A stretch of 64,000 nt of DNA from Clostridia bacterium (GCA_045652745.1 JAZRUW010000012.1:2089-66088), one strand, 5' to 3'. Positions 9,110 through 18,945 are shown, counted from the stretch's first letter. Notes: generated by a model from the sequence alone, not told the origin. Numbers and translations: made by a program.

Positions 9110-10082
9110 ATAGGATTTGTTTGAGTAATGCATATATACCGTCGGCCTGCGGTTTCGGCAGAGCGGCGGTCAGTGCCGCGCGTGTTGTATCTGCATCCAG
9201 CGGACAGTCGGTCAGTGCCGAGGTTACGCGTTCGGAAAGGGTTTCATCCATTGCATCGGTGAAAAGCTGTGTGTTTCGGATGATGCCTGTTTGTACGTCG
9301 AGTTGCAGCTCGGCGTGTCCCCAGTCAAAGTGCGCTTCGGCGGTTGCGGTGAAGGGGAGAGTTTTGCCGAGCAAGTATTCACGGCTTTGGTAGGCTTCGG
9401 TCAGAGTATCTATCTCTTTTGCATCACGAATTTTGATTTGTGTAGCTTTTAAACCGTAGATTTCTTCGAAAGCGGTAAGTACATATGCTTGCATTTTTTC
9501 ACACGTTAAATCCGGAGCAAGAGATTTTAAGTTGGTGACACGTGCGCGCACGGAAGTTACTCCTTTTGCGGCAAGTTTTGCTTTGGCAGGCGTGAGAAAC
9601 CGCCCCATCTTTTCCAAATCCGCATCAATGAGGAGTGTACCATGGTGATAGGCTTTGCTGCCGCTGTTATAAAAAGCGTTGCCGGAAAATTTCTTGCCGT
9701 CGGCAAGCAAATCGTTTCGCCCCGAAAATTCGGTTTCGATGCCGGCGAGGCGACAGGCAGTTTGCAGAATTTGCATATCGCGGTTTATGTCTGCGTTTTC
9801 TTTGGTATACACAAAAGTGAAATTCAAATTGCCGAGGTCGTGGAACACCGCGCCGCCACCGGATAAACGGCGCGCGAGCTTGCCGCCGGCTTCTTCCAGT
9901 TCACGGATGCGGCATTCCGCCCATGCGTTCTGGTTTTTACCGATGACGACCGTGTTTTCATTTTGCCAAAGATACAAAATACATGTATCTGCATCTACGC
10001 GGTCTAAAAGATGTTTTTCAACCGCCAGATTGTAATGCGGGTTGTGTGTATGTGCGATATAGTATTGCAGTTTTTGAATCAT
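9108..10082 (-). CDS. lplA: lipoate-protein ligase A
   Basis: MIQKLQYYIAHTHNPHYNLAVEKHLL..ILYLWQNENTVVIGKNQNAWAEC..RRLSGGGAVFHDLGNLNFTF is canonical LplA. Confidence 0.85.
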   Translation of the reverse strand: MIQKLQYYIAHTHNPHYNLAVEKHLLDRVDADTCILYLWQNENTVVIGKNQNAWAECRIRELEEAGGKLARRLSGGGAVFHDLGNLNFTFVYTKENADINRDMQILQTACRLAGIETEFSGRNDLLADGKKFSGNAFYNSGSKAYHHGTLLIDADLEKMGRFLTPAKAKLAAKGVTSVRARVTNLKSLAPDLTCEKMQAYVLTAFEEIYGLKATQIKIRDAKEIDTLTEAYQSREYLLGKTLPFTATAEAHFDWGHAELQLDVQTGIIRNTQLFTDAMDETLSERVTSALTDCPLDADTTRAALTAALPKPQADGIYALLKQIL

Positions 10083-10152
10083 ATTTTCACCCTCATGCGT
10101 GCTTTTTTTCTATTATTTTAAGGTAAATTTGCAAAAGAGTCAATAGGATTTA

Positions 10153-10181
10153 TTGACAAATGTGATATAAAATGTTAAAAT
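10153..10181 (+). promoter_or_regulatory. sigma-A promoter of the DeoR-family gene
   Basis: TTGACA (10153-10158), 17-nt spacer, TGtTAAAAT (10173-10181). The spacer contains the TGTGATATAA motif. Confidence 0.55.
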
Positions 10182-10217
10182 TGTTATAAACATGAGCTTT
10201 TGGCGGAGGTTTATAAC

Positions 10218-10967
10218 ATGAACTTAATTAGACAAGACCGCATAAAAAAATATGTAGAACAAAAAAGTGTAGCAACCATCAAGGAGCTGCAAGCGCTGTT
10301 TCCCGAGGTTTCTTTGATGACCATTCACAGGGATTTAAATGAACTTGAGCGGCAAGGGGTCATTTCCAAGCATCGCGGTATGGTGAAATTTGCACGCTAT
10401 CAGGACGATGTGGATTTTCATGTGCGCATGGGGGAAAATACGCCGGGCAAGCTTTCGATGGTGGAGAAGGCGATAAGGCTTCTGCAGCCGCACAGCTCCG
10501 TATTTTTAGATGCCGGTACATCGAATTTGTTTTTGGCAAAGAATTTGCCGGACATCAGTTTGAATGTGGTAACCACCGCGCCGGGGATTGCCATGGAGCT
10601 TTGCCGTTTGCGCAATCCGACAGTGACGGTTTGTTGCGGCACGATGAACAAAAGAAACATGTCGGTATCGGGACTCAATACGATTGAGATGCTTAAAAAA
10701 ATTAACATTGATCTTGCATTTATCGGCGTTTCAGGCTATTCGGCAAGTGCGGGTTTTACCTGCGGTACAGAGGCGGATATGTGGATTAAGAAAACCATCA
10801 TTGAAAAAGCGCGCGTGCGCGTAATGATGTGCGGCGCGGAAAAGCTCGAACGCCTGATGCCGTATACTTTTGCAACGTTGGAAGATGCGGACTATTTGAT
10901 TACGGACGAGCCTATGAGTGAAGAATTTGTGCAGATTGCAAAAAAAGCCGGGGTAATTGTATTGTAG
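10218..10967 (+). CDS. DeoR-family transcriptional regulator
   Basis: MNLIRQDRIKKYVEQKSVATIKELQALFPEVSLMTIHRDLNELERQGVISKHRG (DeoR HTH) plus a sugar-phosphate-binding-type C-domain. GGAGG lies 8 nt upstream of the ATG at 10218. Confidence 0.85.
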   Translation: MNLIRQDRIKKYVEQKSVATIKELQALFPEVSLMTIHRDLNELERQGVISKHRGMVKFARYQDDVDFHVRMGENTPGKLSMVEKAIRLLQPHSSVFLDAGTSNLFLAKNLPDISLNVVTTAPGIAMELCRLRNPTVTVCCGTMNKRNMSVSGLNTIEMLKKINIDLAFIGVSGYSASAGFTCGTEADMWIKKTIIEKARVRVMMCGAEKLERLMPYTFATLEDADYLITDEPMSEEFVQIAKKAGVIVL

Positions 10968-10984
10968 TTTCTATGTAAAAAGAA

Positions 10985-11012
10985 TTGACAAAATGTTAAT
11001 ATGTGATATAAT
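10985..11012 (+). promoter_or_regulatory. sigma-A promoter of the 2-oxoacid dehydrogenase operon
   Basis: TTGACA (10985-10990), 16-nt spacer, TGaTATAAT (11004-11012). It is embedded in repeated TGTTAWA / TGTGATATAA motifs. Confidence 0.6.
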
Positions 11013-11068
11013 GTTAAATGCAAGTGTTATAAAATGTTAAAAACAACATAAGTAAGGGGTGTTTTACT

Positions 11069-12316
11069 ATGGCAAATGCAGTAATTATGCCCAAAGCCGG
11101 TATTACGGTAGAAAGCTGTATCATCGGTACTTGGGAAAAGAAAGTCGGCGATTCGGTTAAAGTTGGCGATATTCTGTTTACTTATGAAACAGACAAAGCA
11201 AGCTTTGAATGTGAATCGACGGAAGAAGGTACATTGTTAGAAATCTTTTATCAGGAAGGCGACGAAGTGCCTTGTCTGGTAAATGTGTGCGCGGTAGGTA
11301 ATCCGGGTGAGGATGTATCCGCTCTGCGTCCGGGCGATGCTCCGGCTGAGCAAGCAGCACCGGCAGCGGAAGCTGCGCCGGCTGCTGAAGCGGCTGCACC
11401 TGTAGCTGCACCGGCTGTATCTACGGCTGTGGAAGGTGAGAAGAGCGCAATTTCGCCGAGAGCGAAAAAGCTTGCAGAACGTGCAGGTGTGGATGCGGCT
11501 GCGGCAACACCGACCGGCCCGAACGGCAGAATTATTGAACGTGACGTAAGAGAATTGATGAACAATCCGGTTTCTGCACCGGTTGCGGCTGCAGCGGCTG
11601 CGGCACCGGCAGTGGCAGAAGCGGAATACGAAGATGTGAAATTCAGCGGTATTCGCCGTGCCATCAGCAAGTCGATGCATACTTCGCTTTCGACCATGGC
11701 ACAGCTTACACACAATACATCCTTTGATGCTTCCGCAATTCTGGCTTACAGAAAGCTTTTGAAGGCATCCGAGGGTGAAACAGCAGGTATCACACTTGGT
11801 GATATCGTGTTGTACGCAGTATCGAGAACGCTTCTTAACCATCCGGATTTGAATGCACATATGCTCGATGACAACAACATTCGTCTGTTTAAGCATGTAC
11901 ATCTGGGCGTTGCGGTAGACACACCGCGCGGCTTGATGGTGCCGACAATTTTCAATGCAGACCAAAAGAGCCTTTTGGAAATCTCCAAGGAAGTTAAGGA
12001 GCTTGCAGCACAGTGCCGTGAAGGCAATATCAACCCGGATAAGCTGTCGGGCGGTACATTTACCGTATCGAACCTCGGCAATATGGGCGTAGAGTCCTTT
12101 ACACCGGTAATCAATCCGCCGCAGACGGGTATCTTGGGCGTATGCGGTACGATTGAGCGTGTACGCAAGGGTAAGGATGGCAATATCGAGATTTATCCGG
12201 CAATGGGTCTGAGTCTGACCTACGACCACCGCGCAGTAGACGGTACACCGGCGGCGCGTTTCCAGAAAGAACTCGGTCAGAATCTTGAAAACTTCACCGC
12301 GCTTTTGGCGAAATAG
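11069..12316 (+). CDS. dihydrolipoamide acyltransferase (E2 component of a 2-oxoacid dehydrogenase complex)
   Basis: Single lipoyl domain (..FTYETDKASFECES..), Ala/Pro-rich linkers, a peripheral-subunit-binding domain (ISPRAKKLAERAGVD) and a catalytic domain ending ..LSLTYDHRAVDGTPAARF. Confidence 0.9.
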   Translation: MANAVIMPKAGITVESCIIGTWEKKVGDSVKVGDILFTYETDKASFECESTEEGTLLEIFYQEGDEVPCLVNVCAVGNPGEDVSALRPGDAPAEQAAPAAEAAPAAEAAAPVAAPAVSTAVEGEKSAISPRAKKLAERAGVDAAAATPTGPNGRIIERDVRELMNNPVSAPVAAAAAAAPAVAEAEYEDVKFSGIRRAISKSMHTSLSTMAQLTHNTSFDASAILAYRKLLKASEGETAGITLGDIVLYAVSRTLLNHPDLNAHMLDDNNIRLFKHVHLGVAVDTPRGLMVPTIFNADQKSLLEISKEVKELAAQCREGNINPDKLSGGTFTVSNLGNMGVESFTPVINPPQTGILGVCGTIERVRKGKDGNIEIYPAMGLSLTYDHRAVDGTPAARFQKELGQNLENFTALLAK

Positions 12317-12327
12317 GAGGACGTGTT

Positions 12328-13695
12328 ATGGAACTGTATGATTTGATTGTCATCGGCGGCGGCCCGGGCGGTTATCTGTGCGCAGAGCGCGCAGCGCAGG
12401 CCGGTATGCATGTGGCATTGTTTGAAAAGAAGGCGCTGGGCGGCACCTGTTTAAATGAAGGTTGTATCCCGACCAAAACGCTTTTAAACTCTTCTAAAAT
12501 GTATCGCCACGCCAAGGAAAGCGAAGCTTTCGGCGTAACTGTGGGCGAGGTGAAATTTGACCACGCAAAGGTGATTGAAAGAAAAGACGGCGTTGTAAAA
12601 ACGCTGGTTGCCGGTGTCGGTGCAACGATGAAGGCAAATAAAGTAGAAGTGATTTCCGCTTCTGCAACCGTGCAGGGCCGCGGTGAAAACGGTTTTGCCG
12701 TTGCGGCAGACGGAAAAGTATACGAAGGCAAACGTCTCGTGATTGCAACCGGTTCTGAAACCGTAGTTCCGCCGGTGCCGGGTTTAAAAGAGGGCATTGA
12801 GCGCGGCTTTGTTGTAACCAACCGCGAGGTGCTGGATAAAAAGGATCTGCCGGAGAAACTGGTCGTTATCGGCGGCGGTGTTATCGGTCTGGAAATGGCA
12901 TACTACTTTGCAAGTGTAGGCGTTTCGGTAACCGTGATTGAAATGATGCCGAAAATCGCAGGCGCAACCGATGCAGACATCTGCAAGGTGCTCCAAGCCG
13001 GTTTTGAAAAGCGCGGTATGGAATTCAAACTTTCCTGCAAGGTGCTGGAAGTGAAAGAAAACAGCGTAATTTATGAAGAAAACGGCGAAAAGAAGGAGCT
13101 TGCTTGTGATGCGGTGCTTCTGTCTGCCGGCAGAAAGCCGTCTACGGCAAACATCGGTATTGAAACACTGCAACTGCAGATGGACAGAGCGGCAATTGTA
13201 ACTGACCGTCATCTGTGCACTAACGTTTCGGGCGTGTATGCCATCGGTGACTGCAACGGCAAGTTGATGCTGGCGCATACAGCGTACAGAGAAGCCGAGG
13301 TTGCCGTAAATCACATGCTCGGCAAAGCGGATGAAATGCGCTACGATGTGATTCCGTCCGTTATTTACACCGATCCGGAGGTTGCAAGCGTAGGCCTTTC
13401 CAAAGAGGAAGCACAAAAGCGCGGCATCGCGGTAAAGGAAGTTAAACTGCCGATGTCCTATGCAGGTCGTTACCTTGCGGAAACCGAGGGCGGCAAGGGC
13501 TTTATCAAGCTCGTAGTGGATACGGACAAAAACCGTTTGGTAGGTTGCCATATGGTTGGCTCGTATGCATCGGAAATTATTATGACAGCAACGATGATGG
13601 TAGATACGGAACTTTCCATTGACAGACTCAAGAAACTCGTATTCCCGCATCCGACGGTAGCGGAAATGATTCGTGAAGCTATATTTCATATTTAA
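12328..13695 (+). CDS. lpd: dihydrolipoyl dehydrogenase (E3)
   Basis: YDLIVIGGGPGGYLCAERAAQAG..GGTCLNEGCIPTKTLL shows the FAD-binding and redox-active disulfide motifs. Confidence 0.9.
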   Translation: MELYDLIVIGGGPGGYLCAERAAQAGMHVALFEKKALGGTCLNEGCIPTKTLLNSSKMYRHAKESEAFGVTVGEVKFDHAKVIERKDGVVKTLVAGVGATMKANKVEVISASATVQGRGENGFAVAADGKVYEGKRLVIATGSETVVPPVPGLKEGIERGFVVTNREVLDKKDLPEKLVVIGGGVIGLEMAYYFASVGVSVTVIEMMPKIAGATDADICKVLQAGFEKRGMEFKLSCKVLEVKENSVIYEENGEKKELACDAVLLSAGRKPSTANIGIETLQLQMDRAAIVTDRHLCTNVSGVYAIGDCNGKLMLAHTAYREAEVAVNHMLGKADEMRYDVIPSVIYTDPEVASVGLSKEEAQKRGIAVKEVKLPMSYAGRYLAETEGGKGFIKLVVDTDKNRLVGCHMVGSYASEIIMTATMMVDTELSIDRLKKLVFPHPTVAEMIREAIFHI

Positions 13696-13714
13696 TTGAA
13701 AAGGAGAGATACAT

Positions 13715-16180
13715 ATGCCTAAGAATTTATTTGTAGATCCGGCCGAGGTACGTGCGGCGGGCAAAATCACATTTGAAGACATTCCGGTAAACGTGTATAA
13801 CAAAACCGTTGCGGACGAGCGCGGTAAGTTCAGCGATGACGACCTTATGCGTATTTACCGTGATATCGCAATTTTGCGTGAGTTTGAGTCGATGCTCAAT
13901 CAGATTAAGACGCAGGGTCTTTATAACGGTATTGAAACGACCTATCCGGGTCCGGCCCATCTGTCCATTGGTCAGGAAGCTGCAGCCGTAGGTCAGGCCT
14001 ACCTGCTCGACCAGAACGACTTCTCGTTCGGTTCGCACCGCAGCCACTCCGAGATTCTTGCAAAAGCGCTTTCTTGTATCAACAAATTAAGCGAGCAGGA
14101 ACTCATGGATGTTATGGAAGGCTTTTTGGGCGGTAGTGCACTGCGCGCAACGGAAAAGCTCGGTCCGGTAAGCGATGTAAAGGAATTGGCAATCCGCTTT
14201 ATCCTCTACGGTACACTTTCCGAGATTTTTGCGCGTGAGACCGGTTTCCATAAGGGTATGGGCGGTTCGATGCATGCATTCTTCCTGCCGTTTGGTATTT
14301 ATCCGAACAACGCTATCGTTGGTGGTTCGGCTTCGATTTCCACCGGTGCTGCACTGTTTAAGAAGATTAACGAAAAGAACGGTATTGTTGTATGTAATAT
14401 CGGTGACGGTTCCATGGCGCGCGGTCCGGTTTGGGAAGCAATGAACTTTGCATCCATGGACCAGTTTAAGACGCTTTGGGAAAGCCACAACGGCGGTGTG
14501 CCGATTCTGTTTAACGTATTTAACAACTCCTACGGTATGGGCGACCAGACCCGCGGTGAAACCATGGGTTACGATATGCTCGCACGTATCGGTTCCGGCG
14601 TAAGCCCGACCCAGTTCTATGCAGAGCGTGTAGACGGCTTCAATCCGCTTGCGGTTATTGATGCAATGGAAAGAAAGCTCAAGATTTTGCGTGCAGGTGA
14701 AGGTCCGGTTATGCTCGATACACTTACATACCGCTTCTCCGGTCACTCGACTTCCGACCAAAATGCATACCGCACCAAGGAGGAACTCGATGCATGGCGC
14801 GAGGTGGATCCGCTGCTCACATACCGCAAGAATTTGGTGGATGCAGGCGTTGCAGCTGATTCTAAGTTTGAAGAAATTCTCGCTGATGTTTCTGAGCGTA
14901 TGACTATGATTTGTAAGGCAGCTTCGGATACTTCCATCAGCCCGTATGTAGATTTCAAGAAAGACCCGGCAGTGGTAGAACGTTTGATGTTCTCCAACGA
15001 AAAGGTAGATAAGTTTGACGAGCGTGAGCCGGAAGTAAATATGCCGCTTGCTGAAGTACCGGCATATAAGAAGATTAAGGAAAAGAGCCGCACACCGATT
15101 GTGAACGGCAAGCCGGTTTCCAAGATGAAGCTCTACAATCTTCGTGATGCCCTCTCTGAGGTTATCTACGACAGATTCTATGAAGATCCGACCTTGATTG
15201 CTTACGGTGAAGACTGCCGTGACTGGGGCGGCGCGTTTGCAGTATACCGCGGTATGATGGATGCTTTCCCGCACTGCAGACTCTTTAATGCTCCGATTGC
15301 TGAAGCTGCAATTGTAGGTACAGCAGTAGGTTACGCGCTTTCGGGCGGTCGTGCGATTGTAGAATTGATGTATGCAGACTTTATCGGCTGCGCAGGCGAT
15401 GAAATCTTTAACCAGATGTCCAAGTGGCAGGCAATGTCTGCGGGCATTTTGAAGATGCCGGTTGTACTCCGTGTATCCGTTGGTTCCAAGTACGGTGCAC
15501 AGCACAGCCAGGACTGGACAGCACTTTGTGCACATATCCCGGGCCTCAAGGTATGCTTCCCGGCAACGCCGTGGGAAGCAAAGGGTCTTATGGAAACTGC
15601 ACTTCGCGGCACTGACCCGGTTGTATTCTTCGAAAGCCAGAGAATTTACGACGTGGGCGAGCAGTTCCACGAAGGCGGCGTTCCGGAAGAACGTTACGAA
15701 ATCGAATTCGGTGATGTAAACAAGGTTCGTGACGGTAAGGATGTTACGATTATCACAGTTGGTGCGGTACTTTACCGCGCAGTAGAAGCGGCAAAGACAC
15801 TTTCTGAAAAGTACGGTATGGAAGCAGATGTAATTAACCTGCACTCCCTCGTACCGCTCGATTACACCAAGATTATCGAATCGGTTAAAAAGACCGGTCG
15901 CGTGGTATTGGTATCTGATGCTTGCGCACGTGGTTCGTTCATGAACGATGTTGCAAAGAACATCACCGAGCTTTGCTTTGACGATTTGGATGCACCGCCG
16001 GCAGTTGTTGGTGCGCGCAACTGGATCACCCCTCCGTTTGAATTCGACGAATTCTTCTTCCCGCAGGCAAGCTGGATTCTGGATGCAATCCATGAAAAGC
16101 TTGTTCCGCTGGCAGGCTATGTGCCGGAAAACGGCTGCACGGAGACAGAACTTATCCGTCGTGCTAAGGAAGGCGTATAA
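13715..16180 (+). CDS. fused E1 alpha/beta subunit of a 2-oxoacid (pyruvate/acetoin/branched-chain) dehydrogenase
   Basis: One 821-aa ORF. The N-half is the TPP-binding E1-alpha (..GSHRSHSEILAKAL..GGSMHAF..NIGDGS..). The C-half is the transketolase-like E1-beta (..LIAYGEDCRDWGGAFAVYRGM..FNAPIAEAAIVGTAVGYAL..). Confidence 0.85.
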   Translation: MPKNLFVDPAEVRAAGKITFEDIPVNVYNKTVADERGKFSDDDLMRIYRDIAILREFESMLNQIKTQGLYNGIETTYPGPAHLSIGQEAAAVGQAYLLDQNDFSFGSHRSHSEILAKALSCINKLSEQELMDVMEGFLGGSALRATEKLGPVSDVKELAIRFILYGTLSEIFARETGFHKGMGGSMHAFFLPFGIYPNNAIVGGSASISTGAALFKKINEKNGIVVCNIGDGSMARGPVWEAMNFASMDQFKTLWESHNGGVPILFNVFNNSYGMGDQTRGETMGYDMLARIGSGVSPTQFYAERVDGFNPLAVIDAMERKLKILRAGEGPVMLDTLTYRFSGHSTSDQNAYRTKEELDAWREVDPLLTYRKNLVDAGVAADSKFEEILADVSERMTMICKAASDTSISPYVDFKKDPAVVERLMFSNEKVDKFDEREPEVNMPLAEVPAYKKIKEKSRTPIVNGKPVSKMKLYNLRDALSEVIYDRFYEDPTLIAYGEDCRDWGGAFAVYRGMMDAFPHCRLFNAPIAEAAIVGTAVGYALSGGRAIVELMYADFIGCAGDEIFNQMSKWQAMSAGILKMPVVLRVSVGSKYGAQHSQDWTALCAHIPGLKVCFPATPWEAKGLMETALRGTDPVVFFESQRIYDVGEQFHEGGVPEERYEIEFGDVNKVRDGKDVTIITVGAVLYRAVEAAKTLSEKYGMEADVINLHSLVPLDYTKIIESVKKTGRVVLVSDACARGSFMNDVAKNITELCFDDLDAPPAVVGARNWITPPFEFDEFFFPQASWILDAIHEKLVPLAGYVPENGCTETELIRRAKEGV

Positions 16181-16212
16181 GTTAAAGCCGGAATTAAAAA
16201 ATAAAATGATGG

Positions 16213-16241
16213 AAAGGAACGGGCGTTGCCCGTTCCTTTTT
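16213..16241 (+). terminator. rho-independent terminator of the dehydrogenase operon
   Basis: aaaggaacgggc-gtt-gcccgttccttttt. Confidence 0.75.
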
Positions 16242-16308
16242 GTGTGCGCGCTTGACTTTCAATGCAAAAAGTGATATAGTAACCGAAGATGGACAGGGGA
16301 TGGTACAT

Positions 16309-17661
16309 ATGGGTACAAAAAAATATGAGATTGACTTTACGGAAGGGAAAATGCTGAAAAATATTATAGCGTTTGCTCTTCCTATTATATTGTCCGGATG
16401 GTTGCAAACACTGTTTAGTATTGCGGATATGATGGTGCTTGGTCTGTTTGTGGGCGACGGTGCGCTTGCGGCGGTCGGTTCGACCTCGTCATTGATTAAC
16501 CTGTTGGTGAACATGTTTGTCGGTCTGGCCGGCGGTGTGACGGTTGTGGTATCGCAAGGCTTTGGTGCACGCGATAATGATAAGATGAGTAAGGCAGCCC
16601 ATACGGCCATAGCAATCAGTATTTTTGCCGGTATTTTATTGGCTGTAGTCGGTGTTTTGGTTGCCAGGCCGCTTTTGCAGGCGATGGATTCTCCGGCAGA
16701 TGTGATTGGTATGTCGACTCTGTATGTGCAGGTATATTTTGCAGGTATACCGCTGATTTTGCTTTATAATTTTACAAGTTCAATTATGCGGGCGTATGGC
16801 GACAATAAAAGACCGTTGTATTTTGTGGCATTGTCCGGTGTTTTGAATGTGGTTTTGAATGTGGTAACTGTTGTGGTATTTCGCTGGAGTGTTGCCGGCG
16901 TGGCGATTGCGACTTTTGTTTCGCAGGGTGTAGCGGCACTTTTGAACTTACATTGTTTGATACATGCGGACAATGCCTGTAAAATTGATTTGAAAAAAGT
17001 GCGCTTTAATATAAAGGAGTTTTTGGAAATTTTGCGTTTCGGTATACCGATGGGGATACAGTCTATTATGTTTTCTCTGTCGAATGTATTTTTGCAATCT
17101 GCCATTAACTCTTTCGGATCGCAGACGATGGCGGCGCACGGCGCGGTAAATTATATGGGCAATGTGCTCGGGCAAATTTCGAATGGTTTCGGCAATGCAG
17201 CAACGACAGTCTGTGCGCAAAATTACGGTGCAAAGAAAAAAGATAGAGTGTTCGCCGGTTGGAAGACTTGTATTGTCGGTGTAGGCTTGGTGTTGCTCGT
17301 GTTGGGGGCAATTGCGGTTTTGATTATGCCGATTTTTATGCGGATTTTTACAAAAGAGTTATCGACGGTGGAAATCGGTTGTAAAATTGCAAGTTATTAT
17401 TTGCCGTTCTGGTTTATCGGCGGAGTTATGACAACGTCGAGTTATTCGCTTCGCGGTATCGGCTATTCCACGGTGCCGATGTTGGTGTCGATTTTCGGTA
17501 CTTGCGTGATGCGTGTGATTTGGATTTATACAGTGTTTGCGAGTTTCCGTTCGCTGCACGTGCTGTATACGTGTTATCCGGTGACGTGGCTGATTACGGC
17601 GCTTGTGCAAAATATTCTGTTTTTGTATTTCTGGCGAAAACTTGATTTTTTGAAAGAATAA
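16309..17661 (+). CDS. MATE-family efflux transporter
   Basis: GKMLKNIIAFALPIILSGWLQTLFSIADMMVLG is a typical MATE N-terminus with 12 predicted helices. AGGGGA lies 8 nt upstream of the ATG at 16309. Confidence 0.8.
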   Translation: MGTKKYEIDFTEGKMLKNIIAFALPIILSGWLQTLFSIADMMVLGLFVGDGALAAVGSTSSLINLLVNMFVGLAGGVTVVVSQGFGARDNDKMSKAAHTAIAISIFAGILLAVVGVLVARPLLQAMDSPADVIGMSTLYVQVYFAGIPLILLYNFTSSIMRAYGDNKRPLYFVALSGVLNVVLNVVTVVVFRWSVAGVAIATFVSQGVAALLNLHCLIHADNACKIDLKKVRFNIKEFLEILRFGIPMGIQSIMFSLSNVFLQSAINSFGSQTMAAHGAVNYMGNVLGQISNGFGNAATTVCAQNYGAKKKDRVFAGWKTCIVGVGLVLLVLGAIAVLIMPIFMRIFTKELSTVEIGCKIASYYLPFWFIGGVMTTSSYSLRGIGYSTVPMLVSIFGTCVMRVIWIYTVFASFRSLHVLYTCYPVTWLITALVQNILFLYFWRKLDFLKE

Positions 17662-17664
17662 AAA

Positions 17665-17703
17665 GAAAAAATAGCGGATGTCACAGACATCCGCTATTTT
17701 TTC
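17665..17703. terminator. bidirectional terminator between convergent genes
   Basis: atagcggatgtc-aca-gacatccgctat, flanked by A and T runs. Confidence 0.75.
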
Positions 17704-17713
17704 TTTGTTTGAA

Positions 17714-18499
17714 TTATTTTTCGTCTTTGTAGATTTCCTTGAAGTATTTGTAGGTGTCTACCTTGAGTTCACCGCAAGCGTCTTCGTCGCAGGCGATAAT
17801 GCCATCTTTGTGCAGCTGCAATGCGCTGATGGTCCAAGCATGGTCAACGCCGCCCTCTACGCAGTGACGCAGCGCGCGTGCCTTGTTGTGGCCGCTGATT
17901 AACAAAAGCACTTGTTTGGAATCGCAAACCGTACCTACACCAACGGAAAGTGCGGTCTTCGGTACTTTGTCCGGGTCATTGTCAAAGAAACGGGAGTTTA
18001 CAATCAATGTGTCCTGTGTCAGTGCGCGCACGCCTGTGCGGGAAGTTAAAGAGGTAAACGGCTCGTTAAATGCAATGTGGCCGTCTACGCCGCTGCCGCC
18101 GAGGAACAAATCAATGCCGCCGCAGGCAGCAATCTTTTCTTCGTAACGTGCGCATTCTGCATCTAAATCCTCAGCCATACCGTTTAAGATGTTGATGTTT
18201 TCTGCCGGAATATCAATGTGGTTAAAGAAATTGTCATGCATAAAGTACCAGTAGCTCTGGTCGTGTTCGCGCGGCAGGCCAACGTATTCGTCCATGTTGA
18301 AGGTGATTACGTTTTTGAAGGTCACCTTGCCGGCTTTGTTTAATTCGATCAACTTTTTGTACACACCGAGCGGGGAAGAGCCGGTCGGCAGACCGAGCAC
18401 GAACGGACGGTCTTCTTTGTGCGCGTTAATGGCATCGGCAATATGGTTTGCCGCCCATGCGCTCATTTCGTCATAGTTGTTTTTGATAATCAGTTTCAT
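17714..18499 (-). CDS. nagB: glucosamine-6-phosphate deaminase
   Basis: [51 protein letters not shown] is canonical NagB. The ATG at 18499 has GGAG 10 nt upstream. Confidence 0.9.
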   Translation of the reverse strand: MKLIIKNNYDEMSAWAANHIADAINAHKEDRPFVLGLPTGSSPLGVYKKLIELNKAGKVTFKNVITFNMDEYVGLPREHDQSYWYFMHDNFFNHIDIPAENINILNGMAEDLDAECARYEEKIAACGGIDLFLGGSGVDGHIAFNEPFTSLTSRTGVRALTQDTLIVNSRFFDNDPDKVPKTALSVGVGTVCDSKQVLLLISGHNKARALRHCVEGGVDHAWTISALQLHKDGIIACDEDACGELKVDTYKYFKEIYKDEK

Positions 18500-18573
18500 T
18501 GGATTCACGCTCCGATTTTGAAATTGGCCTATGAAATTTACTCCCTACTGTAACTTTGCATAAGTCTGCTATT

Positions 18574-18602
18574 ATTATCCTACTTTCTTGCGGATTTGTC
18601 AA
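18574..18602 (-). promoter_or_regulatory. sigma-A promoter of nagB
   Basis: On the minus strand: TTGACA (18602-18597), 17-nt spacer, GATAAT (18579-18574). Confidence 0.55.
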
Positions 18603-18683
18603 GAAAATACATAGATATTTTAGCACGCAGACTTAAATTTTATTACAGATTTAAGAGATTTTTCCATATTATTACATATTCGC

Positions 18684-18914
18684 TTGCCTTATCTTTATAT
18701 GAAAGCGCTGTTTCGCCAAAAACTCGGTATGGGTGCGATGGAACATTTTATGCGCTGTAAAATTGATTGTGCCAAGCATTTGATTCGGGAAAGAGAGATG
18801 AATTTTGCGGAAATATCCGACTATCTTACCTTTACCTCGCCGCAGTATTTTTCGAGGTGCTTTAAAGAAATCAGCGGTAGGACACCGTCGGAGTATATGA
18901 AAAGTGTATTATAA
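18684..18914 (+). pseudogene. AraC-family regulator remnant (C-terminal HTH only)
   Basis: The 76 aa (..HFMRCKIDCAKHLIREREMNFAEISDYLTFTSPQYFSRCFKEISGRTPSEYMK) match only the last AraC helix-turn-helix repeat. There is no sensor domain and no RBS. Confidence 0.55.
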
Positions 18915-18941
18915 AAGGGATGTGAAGCTTACATCCCTTTT
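18913..18941. terminator. bidirectional terminator hairpin
   Basis: aaaagggatgt-gaagctt-acatccctttt. Confidence 0.6.
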
Positions 18942-18945
18942 GTGT

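Noticed and set aside
11330-11640. GC-rich GCx-codon repeats considered as a tandem-repeat or VNTR locus.
   Set aside because: They encode the normal Ala/Pro-rich flexible linkers between the E2 lipoyl, subunit-binding and catalytic domains.
11237-12229. 330-aa minus-strand ORF, and the 154-aa ORF at 11251..11715, opposite the E2 gene.
   Set aside because: They are antisense artefacts. The Ala/Pro linker of E2 reads as another Ala/Ser/Gly-rich low-complexity tract on the opposite strand.
14087-16093. 668-aa ORF on the minus strand, antisense to the fused E1 gene.
   Set aside because: It mirrors a strongly supported plus-strand gene. Its translation is Cys/Arg/His-rich low-complexity sequence with no motifs or RBS. 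Long antisense ORFs of this kind are a typical artefact of the codon bias here.
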